A DNA stretch of 64,000 nucleotides from the human T2T-CHM13v2.0 reference genome, Homo sapiens. Under the pieces are notes generated by a model. The model did not search any database and was not told the DNA's origin. It worked only from the letters and a program-made list of their open reading frames with translations. The stretch lies in assembly GCF_009914755.1 (NCBI RefSeq), contig NC_060944.1; one strand, given 5' to 3'. This document shows, piece after piece, positions 54,766-64,000 of the stretch (the stretch's first letter is position 1; each line of letters starts with the position of its first letter). The position numbers were made by a program, and so were the translations under genes.

Positions 54766-55165
54766 CTTTGGGCTGAACTATGTCCCCTAAAATTCAGGTA
54801 TTGAAATCCTAACCTCAGAACATGACTTAACTTGGAAATAGGGGGTTTGCCGATGTAATTAGTGAAGAAGAAGTGATTAGCGTGGGCCCTGATGCAGTAG
54901 GACTGTGTCCTTATAGAAGGGGAAATTTGGGCACAGACAGGCACAGGGAGAAGTCCTGTGAAGATGAGGCAGAGAGCTGGGGGATGCCTTCAAAAGCCAA
55001 GGATCAGGGAAGATTGTGGCACCACCAGGAGCCAGGAGAGACGCCCAGAGCAGATTCTCCTGCACAGCCTCCCAGGGACCAGTGCTGCAACATCTTGATT
55101 TTGGACTTCTGGCCTCCAGAGCTGTTAAGGGAATAAATCTCTGTCTCAGCCCACTGGCTTGTGGA
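54766..55165 (+). mobile_element. MLT1B/MLT1C-type LTR
   Basis: gggctgaactatgtcccctaaaattca...tggaaataggg...cttgattttggacttctggcctccagagctg...aataaat. Confidence 0.85.
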
Positions 55166-55521
55166 CCAGAGCCTTTCAGCCGAGGTGGAGACTCAGATGG
55201 CAGAGTGCAGACAGACCCCAAGGCATCCCCGAAGGCAGGGAGGAGTGTCCCCAGCCAGGGGTCCCGCCCAGGGCTCCAAATACCCCTGAATCCTCTTGAT
55301 GCAGCCACTCTTCCCTCCAGGGCTGTTGAGGACAAGTCCCCGCCCACGGCAGCCCCCAGGTCCCTCTGCTGCTACCCAGGCCCTTCCACTGCCCCTGCTG
55401 TCCCCCTGCCCACTGCAGGCTCCACAGGGCTTGGGGTGTCCCTGGGGAGAGGAGGGATGAGGAACGGGTGCCATTCCAAGGGCAGCAGCACACAACAGGT
55501 GCAGGCACACTGCCCGGAACA

Positions 55522-56760
55522 CCACACACACGGTGCACGGCACACACACCACACACACACGCCCCACACACCACACGCACACACGCCCCGCACACACTAT
55601 GCACACCACACACACAGTGCATGCCACACACACCGCACACACACTGCACGCCCCGCACACACTATGCACACCACACACACAGTGCATGCCACACACACCA
55701 CACACACACTGCACGCCACACACACCACACACACGATGCATGCCACACACCACACACATGCCCCACACACACCACACAGTGCACGCCACACACACCACAC
55801 ATATACCCTGCACATACCACACACAGAGTGCGTGCCTGTATTAGTCCGTTTTCACACTACTGATAAAGACATACTCGAGACTGGGAAGAAAAAGAGGTTT
55901 AGTTGGACTTACAGTTCCACATGGCTGTGAGGCCTCAGAATTATGGCAGGAGGCAAAAGGCGTTTCTTACATTACAGCAGCAAAAGAAAATGAGGAAGAA
56001 GCAAAATGAAAACCCCTGATAAACCCATCAGATCTTGTGAGACTTATTCACTATCACGAGAATAGCACGGGAAAGACTGGCCCCGGTGATTCAATTGCCT
56101 CCCCCTGGGTTCCTCCCACAACACGTGAGAATTCTGGGATATACAATGTAAGATGAGATTTGGGTGGGGACACAGCCAAACCATATCAATACCACACACA
56201 CACACACGCCCCACACACACCACACACACAGTGCACACCGCACACACACTGCCTTGTAACACCACACACATAGTGCATGCCACACACACCACACACACAC
56301 ACACACACACGCCCCATGCACACCACACACACCATACACACAGTGCACGTCACACACCACACACACACACCCCGTACACACCACACACACACCATACACA
56401 CAGTGCACATCACACACCACACACACACATGCCCCATACACACCACACACACCATATACACAGTGCATGCTGCACACACCCACACACATGCCCCATACAC
56501 ACCACACACACCACATACACAGTGCATGCTGCACACACCCACACACATGCCCCACACACCACACACACGGAGCATGTCACACATGCCCCACACACCATAT
56601 ACACCACACACAGTACATTTTATACCACATACATGAATCGCATGGACATACCACATACACTGCACACACTACATGCCACACACACTACACACATATACAC
56701 ACCACACACACACACCACACATTTACACGTACGCACATTCCACACAGTACACACGTGCGG
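55522..56760. repeat. CA-rich degenerate minisatellite (…CACACAGTGCATGCCACACACAC…), split by THE1A
   Basis: The same unit family lies on both sides of the LTR (55522-55836 and 56189-56760). Confidence 0.92.
55837..56188 (-). mobile_element. THE1A-like solo LTR
   Basis: TGTATTAGTCCGTTTTCAC...GGGGACACAGCCAAACCATATCA; 352 bp; degenerate TSD GTGCC/ATACC. Confidence 0.92.
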
Positions 56761-57409
56761 CTACATGAAACACATGCGCAGGTGTTGCACACTCACACTG
56801 ATACCAAACTCAGTCTGAAAAAGAGTTCTGTGTATGGTCAGCAGCAAAGGACCCAGCACTTCACAGGGTTGGATGCGGCCACCCAACTGCATCACCCCAG
56901 GCTCACTTGGGGTGTTCACCACGCCCAGCCCGTGCCCCCCATGCTCACGTTCCCACTGCAGGGCAGGCTGCGCCACTGTGTCCACTGTGGGCCGAGCTCT
57001 CATGCCTTCTCCTCTGCACATTCTGATGAATCACAGACAGCCTAAGAGCACATGGAGGAGGTGCAGGCTTCGTTAGCGTGAACGCACCCCCTGGGCTGTG
57101 GTGCCAGAGCTCAGAGCAGGATGTCTGGAGTCTGCATCCTGGGCCTGCACCTGAGCTCCTCTCAACCCTGGCCAGGGGCTCGGCTTCTCCTTGCCTCCGA
57201 TCTGCATTTGTATGCTGGGGGCTGTGGGACTGTCACAGAATGAGAGGGGTTGCTGAGCTGTGGAGGTGGGGCCCACAGGCAGCTGTTAGCAAACGTCAGG
57301 TGTGTCACTGTAGAGCACGTGCAAAGGCTGGAGCAGGGAGCTCAGGAGAGGCCTAGGCCAGGGTGAACTCTCTCCTGCACAGGCCTGTCCCCCACTACTC
57401 ACATGGTCC

Positions 57410-57525
57410 ATATCCCCTATCCCCCAGGCCCATCCCCCCATCCCCCTGGCCCATCACCCCATCCCCTGGACCCTCCCTCATCCCCGGGTCCCTCCCCCAT
57501 CCCCTGGTCCCTCCCCCCATCTCCT
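57410..57525. repeat. C-rich (CCCCAT-like) low-complexity tract
   Basis: More than 12 C3-C6 runs. Confidence 0.8.
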
Positions 57526-58859
57526 GGAGAAGCCTGGATATGAATCACTTCTTGCCCTTCACCCTGAGAGCGGAGGCCTTGTAAGTGAGGCTGGCATTGC
57601 AGGGAAGCATCCACAGACTGCATTCCTCCGTGAGTTCCCCAGGGCTGGCTGGCCAGTTTCTGATCTGAACCTGGACACCTGAGCATTTGAGAACTTTAAC
57701 TGAAGGGGGCTACAGGTCATCAGGGCAGTGAGGGGATGGTCCCCCAGGGCTCTCCACATGAGCTGTTTCTGCAGAAGGCATATCTGCCTTGGGAAAGCAA
57801 CTAGAAGGTCCCGAGGTGGGGGTCCAAGTTTGAAGCTCACATCTCCAGAAAATGGTGGTTTGTTTTATCCTTCTCCCAAAAGGTGGCCCTCAACGGGACT
57901 GAAAAACAGCAATTCTAGAATAAATAAACAGCAACAGTGCCGTTGGCAAACTTGTAGACAACGTGTCCACCTCCTGGCTTTGTTTTGAAGATGACGAGCT
58001 ATTTTAATGAGTGTGAATAACCTCCACGCTCCTGCAAGTTCAGACACCGTCACCAGCAGAGGTCTGGCTGCTCAGGTGCAGATTCCATGGCCCCTGGGTT
58101 CAGCAGAGCGTGTATTGGTATCTCCACGCGTGTTTCTCCACATCAGAACACAGACCCCCCCCCCAGCCCCCTCCAGGGGGCTCGAGTTTCGGGGGTGGTG
58201 GGCCGTCAGTATTAGGTTTCATGGCCGTCCAATGCACCCCAAAGGAACGGCAGCTTGTAACTCTTCATGGGTGCGAAGGACGGGAGTGACTATTGGAATT
58301 GGTCTTGCTTCTTTCAGGCCTGAGAAGTTCAAACTTAGCCAGTGTTTTCAGGCTGCAAACAGCCTTGAACGACATCTGGGCCAGCCCTTCACTTGTAAAT
58401 AGAGGGGTGCCCAGGGCCCCAGGGGCAGTCAGCTGCAGGGGCGGCCCCAGACTCCCCAGGACCAGGCAGGGAAGCCCCCTAGGGAGCAAAATCTGATGGG
58501 TTATTGGTCATTTTCCCCAGGCCATCCTGGTGGGAGAAGGGCAGACCTCAGTGCAGACACTGCCAGGGTCACTGTCCCAAGAAGATCTGAAGGGGATTGA
58601 GCCCGTGGTGACCTGGAAGGTGGCTTGGTGAAGATTCTTGCTGCCATGTGGAGGGTGTCAGGGATAAAAGTGGGCCATGCCGGCAGGGAGGCTCTGGTCA
58701 CGTGAGCCGTGGAGGGAGGAGCGAGTGGTACAGACTCTGTGTCACCTCCTACCCCAGAGGCATGGCCACAGGACTGGACCTGAGTGGTAGCCATGCCTCT
58801 GAGGACCTTGGAGTCCCATGGGCTGGGAAGATCTGGAAGTCACTGTCTTTGTTCACTCC

Positions 58860-59240
58860 AGGAGTGATGCTGGGCATTCACGTGTCCCGGCACTGCTGTG
58901 TAGCAGCTCTCTCTAAGACTTGGGGACACGACAGAGGACGCTGCAATGTGGTCCCCGCCCTCACCGAGCTTACCTTCTCTCGGGGCAGGCAGGCCAGGTG
59001 TCCATGTGGCAGATGCGGTTTGGCAAATGCTGTGCAGGCACATTCAGAGTCAGGTGAGGGGTACCAAGCCCCGGGACAGGTGGACAGAGGGTAGAGGCGC
59101 TGTTTCATCCAGGGGTGCAGGATGTTGACATCCAAGTTGAGAGGTGATGTATGGGAAGAAGCCAGCCGTGAAAAAATTCCCGTGGGAGGAGTGTTCCAGA
59201 CAGAGGGAACAGCAGATGCAAAGAGCCAAGCCAGGCCAGC
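58860..59240 (-). mobile_element. L2 fragment
   Basis: gtggtccccgccctcaccgagcttaccttct; gagtgttccagacagagggaacagcagatgcaaagagcc. Confidence 0.65.
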
Positions 59241-59831
59241 CCCAGTCACAACGTAATTACTCAGTGCTCCACTGTGGGATGTGTGCTCTGCCTCGGGCCC
59301 TGGGCCCTGCCCGTATTGTGGTGCTGTGGATAGGCTGTACGTTCTGCATGGTTGACTCATTTGCTGTCTGTCCTGACGCAATCGGAGGCTCAAGGGCTTT
59401 CCCAGAATTGCCACGAGGAGTTAGGGGCAGAGGGGCACTGAGAGAGAGCCCCGGGGTGAATCTGCCTCTGCCCACCTCCCAGCCAAGGATGTCTCTGATC
59501 CGTCTGCAAAATAAGGACCACGAGGTCCGTGAAGTTGTCCTGAGGGCATGACCTCAGGACTGCACGTGGCACCGCGTCCCATGTACAGTGACGGTCCCCC
59601 TGAGCCGTGGCCACTCTAACCCCAGCTCCATGTCTGTCTGGGCCAGTCAGTCCAAGACTTGGCCTCCTGACGGGGGACGAGCCCACCTGCCCGCCTCCCC
59701 TGCAGGCCTGTGCAGGCTGGGAGCTGAGAGGGCGCACAGGCGTGGTGCGGGGCAGGCACACGGGCCCTCCAGCGTCTCAGCTTCTAGCACAGTCAGGTTC
59801 TGCTTGGGCCGTTAGCTCTCGACTAGAGCTG

Positions 59832-60034
59832 GTGTGTGTGTGCACCTGTGTGCATGGGTGTACACATGTATATGAGTGTGCACATGTGCGCGTGGGTGTG
59901 CACATGGGTGTGCACGTGTATGCCCACTTGTGAGTATATGTGTGTGCACATGTGTGCGTTCGCACATGGGATGTGTGTGCACGCATGTGCATATTTGTGC
60001 ATGCATGTGTGCGCACACACGTCTATATACACAC
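59832..60034. repeat. ~200-bp alternating purine-pyrimidine (TG/CA/CG) tract
   Basis: Read directly. Confidence 0.9.
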
Positions 60035-60674
60035 TTTGGGGAGCCTGTTCAGAGCCCCCCAAGCAGAGTTGTGAGGGGCCAGTGCTGCCCTCCTGCAGGT
60101 GATGAAAGTAAAACTGAAGGCAGACTTCTCAGACCAATACGTTTGTGTTTCACTCCAAGGCCATGGCTCTCATTTAATATTTGGTTAAAAATAAAACCCT
60201 CTGTGGTTCTGGAGAAGGATTTTGTGAAAACAGTGAGAAAGGGGTCATGGACACAGTCTTTTGTAGCTGGCAGAAAGATTCCCAGCAAGAACAGGGGTGT
60301 CTGTGAGACTGAAACGCCACATGGTGGACGACAGATCCATGAAGCCGGAGGTCCCCAGGGGACTCTTCAGAGGACATGTCACTGAGGGTCTGGGCGCCAG
60401 GGCTCTGGATGGAGCGTTTATCGCGGTCCTCACCAACGTCTTCCCGAATCACACACGCTGATGGCACCGACCATCTTTCTCACTAATGCACAAAATATGA
60501 ACGATTTCATTCAGTTCCACCACTAATGACTCTGGGAAAAAGTAATACATTTTCCCTTAACTTGCTAATTTAATTTAATTTTTTTTTTACTATGAATATA
60601 TTTTTCTATAAACTGGAGGGTAATTTTGTTTAAGGTGTTTCTAACTAAACATAATTTTCCTGATTCTCTAGAGC

Positions 60675-60857
60675 AAGTTGTTCTCAGCCAGGGCACTAGG
60701 CGAGACCCGAGACGCCTGTGGTTGTCACCACAGTGGGGTTGCTCGTGAGTTGGGTGCAGCCTGGCATGCTGCTCAGCATCCTACAGAACCCAGGACGCCC
60801 CAAACAAAGAAGGATTCAGCCCAAAGTGTTAGGAATGCCGAGGTTGAGAAACCTGGT
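60675..60857 (+). mobile_element. MER20, internally deleted
   Basis: ggttgtcac...atgctgctcagcatcctaca...gcccaaagtgttaggaatgccgaggttgagaaacctg. Confidence 0.8.
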
Positions 60858-62819
60858 CTAAAGCCAGGGGTGCAGCCCGGCCAGGACCGAGGTCACAAGC
60901 TCGGTAGCTTGTCCGGATCTCTTTGTACCAGAACATTCTGGAACCTCCTTTCTTCTGCTAGACAGAAATACTTATCAACACCCTTAAAGAGGCTGACATC
61001 AGAACACACATGCCACCTGCTCTCTTGTCAGCCACAATTCCTTATCCTTCTGTATCTTCGCTTTTGGTGGGAGGCAAGGCTGAAGGGTAGGGGGAGGGGG
61101 TGGGTGGCTTTGAGATCTTCATCCAGAGAAACGTGGTGGTTACGTGGTTTGTGAGGCTAATTAGGAACAACATGAAACCCCTCCACGGGGTGATGGTAAT
61201 TGTTACAAGTTGCCTAAAGAACCAACTCTAAACTTTCCCCCAGGACAGCCCAGGCCCTCAGAAGTCATAGCCCAGGCTCCGGCTTTGCCCACAGGTGCGC
61301 GGGGAGAGGGGTCCCAGGACTGCAGCGTGCTGGGTGATCCTCCATGCTCTGTGTCCTGTGAGAGGAGGAACGGTGAGGGCTGAGAGCCCAGGCTCCAGGG
61401 GCCATGGCCTGAGTTCCAACTGGCCTCCAGAGGACAGCAGCATGACGCTGGGCAGGTCGTGCAACCTCCCTGGGTAAAAATGAAGGTGCTGGCTTCCCGC
61501 CCCTACTCCATCCTGGGGGCACTGAGCCCAGACCTCGGTGCACCGACACCATGGCAGCAAGCCATGAGCCTCCCTGCTGAGGCTTTCCTTCCAAATGGAC
61601 ACAGTGAAGAAATAACTGCCCGACTGTGTTCAGGAAACCTTTCCTTGTATTATTTCTATGGGAATTTTCAAAATGATGTCGCCTTTTTATGAGAGATCAG
61701 AAGTAAGAAATTCGGTGGTGCTCGTGGGGCAGGGAGAGTGGGTTTGGCCCCTACTGGTGTCATTGATGTAAGAAAAAAATCCACTAAGTGCCTTTTCGGA
61801 ATGAAACTCATGCAAATGCTGACTTACAATGGCTCACATGTTCTATTTGTGAAAGAATGTAGATATTGTTCTGTTGTTTTAGTGTGTGTTTGTTGAATAC
61901 CATTTTATTCCGTCCATCCTTAGCTACCATGGAAACCAGCTAGAAGGCTGCAGACAATATCCTAGTTAAATATTTTAAATATACATGTTTTCGGGGAAGC
62001 AAAATGGACCCTTTCTCAAAGGTACACCGAAAAGGAAATAGGAGGTAGAGGAATGAACTCTGTGTAGGATTTAGGGCACCCCCTTTTTTAAAAGAAATCT
62101 AATCATCCTCAGTAAATATCCGTACTAGGTTTGACATTTAGGGGAGGGGGGCTCACATAATTTCCTTTTGAAGCATGTTTAACCCAAAGCTATAAGGAAG
62201 CAATGAGAACAGGAAGACTGCGAATCAGAGAGATTGAAAAGAGCCATAAATAGAATTGATATTTGGGGAAGAAATCGTATCCTCCCTGTTCCAACAGAGC
62301 AATGTACGTTCATAATGCAGGCATGGCCGGTCCTTCCCCAGATGTTTCATTTCCACGGCAGACTCCTATGCAATCGATAGTCTTGGAGCACTAGACTCTA
62401 AGACGTGGTGTGTGTGTGGCTGGGGTCAGCCACATATTTACCCAAACATTAGAACGTTCAGCAAAACAGGAGCCGAAAATGCACTATGAGGTGGTGCCAT
62501 GGGTCCGTGGTCACTGCCACAGGAGAAGCTGCCAACACCCGGGAGCCTGAGGCTAGACAAAGTCAAAGGCCGGTGGCTTTGGGGACAGAGGTGCTGGGTG
62601 GCTGGGACTGCAGTGCACAGAGGGGTGAGCGCGGATTTTGTTAGTGAATAACGCGCAGAAGACGCCGTGGCCTCAGCAGGGCTCCGGGACCTACATAGGG
62701 TTTCAGAGCTCCCAGAACCTTCCATCCTGAGAGTGCTCTTCTCCCTGCATCCCCAGACAGAGCACCTTTCCTCTCACAGGAAGCTCCAGTGCATGGAGCA
62801 TCCTCATAAGCCATGCCGA

Positions 62820-62888
62820 CAGCTCCGCACAGCAGGCAGCTCCGCACAGCAGGCAGCGCCGCACGGCAGGCAGCTCCGCACAGCAGGA
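62820..62888. repeat. 17-bp tandem repeat x4 (CAGCTCCGCACAGCAGG)
   Basis: Read directly. Confidence 0.93.
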
Positions 62889-64000
62889 CCAGGTTAGAGG
62901 GCTGGGCGCAAGGAAAAGCTGCAATGCTTTGCCTTTGCAGCCAGTCCAGCCTCAAGGCCACCCCAGGGCCCACCTGGCTCTGCTGTGGGGATAGGCCAGG
63001 AGGCAGGAGCTCCCCTGCGCTGTTTCCCTGGGCCATCCAGTCTGCAGGTGGTGGACTTCCCCAAGTCAGAGTAAGACCGTTTCGTAGGCACTCTCTAGTG
63101 ACACCTCCGAGATCTGTTCTGTGCCCATCACCATTCTACACAGTCACGAGGCATGTTGGAAACAGAATGAAATCCACAAGTTAGATGCATCTTATGCCTG
63201 ACGTGACCACACAGCGGGACTGGCCAGCATCTGGTATGTAAAAAAGTTCTGCTCTCTGAGCTGAATTCTCTCATGATGATTAACTTTCTCATTCACACCA
63301 AAAACCATCTTCAATACCCACTGTTCACCCACATTTCCACTTCTGGAGACATTTGCCACCTCTATTTTTATCTTCACAGAAAAGGAGGGCTCTGTTTTCC
63401 CCACATGGCTCACAGGGGTGTGTGGAGCAGATCCAGCAGAATTCCCAGCTCGGGGCTGTTGCAAATATTCTTCTCTTCCTTGGTGGAATGGCTCCCACTG
63501 CACTCTGTCCAGCCTGGAAGACAAGGAGAGGCAGCAAAATCAGGGAAGTGAAGAAGCACAATCCCCTCTGTGTCCTCTCACCGTTCCTTGACACTGGGTC
63601 TAGTTTATCTGCTTATACAAATCGGACCCCCAGGCTCTGCAGCTACAGAAGCCTTGTCTCTCAGCATTGCGGGTTCACAGGGCTATGCTGCCTATCAGAG
63701 AAATCCAGTGGCATGGGGACCTCCCCAAAGAGCCACTTTCTTGGGTAATGAGAGCCAGCAGTTACACCTTTCCAGGAGGGGGACAGGTGCACCCCAACAA
63801 GCTGACACAGAGCACCTTGACCATGGCAACAGCCAGTACGGTGACCAGAGGTCATGTCCCAGCAGAAACTGATTTGAAAACATTCCCATAGATGCTTTTG
63901 TGGAATCAGGTGGACTTGTGCCATGCCATTTTCTCAACACTGTGGGGCACTTCAGATGCTAAGGACATGTCCAGCAGGATCAGTGCAGGACCTGGCCGCT

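Noticed and set aside
55016-57045. His/Thr- and Cys/Val-rich ORFs (304, 221, 209, 192 aa)
   Set aside because: Translations of CA/TG repeats and LTR sequence.

Overview
Primate (almost certainly human) genomic DNA, GC-rich, from inside the R-cadherin gene CDH4 (known locus 20q13.33), transcribed on the + strand. It holds one real coding exon: exon 3 (44561-44787, 227 bp, cadherin prodomain) with canonical splice sites. The rest is the 3' end of intron 2 and the start of intron 3. The introns contain about 11 Alus, MaLR LTRs (THE1/MST/MLT1), L1/L2/MIR fragments, hAT DNA-transposon remnants, many minisatellites, and several AT-rich non-repeat islands that look like enhancers. Nearly all ORFs in the supplied track are chance or repeat-derived. 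I found no convincing new biological system. The best leads are: a dense PBX-HOX/MEIS motif cluster about 1.5 kb upstream of exon 3; inverted Alus bracketing exon 3 (circRNA and editing potential); a probable spliced antisense transcript near 18.5-20.7 kb; a spaced, unique ~170-bp duplication; a 900-bp frame-preserving (CAT/CAC)n expansion; and several nested TE insertions. Repeat subfamily names come from recognising consensus sequences by eye and need RepeatMasker/Dfam confirmation.
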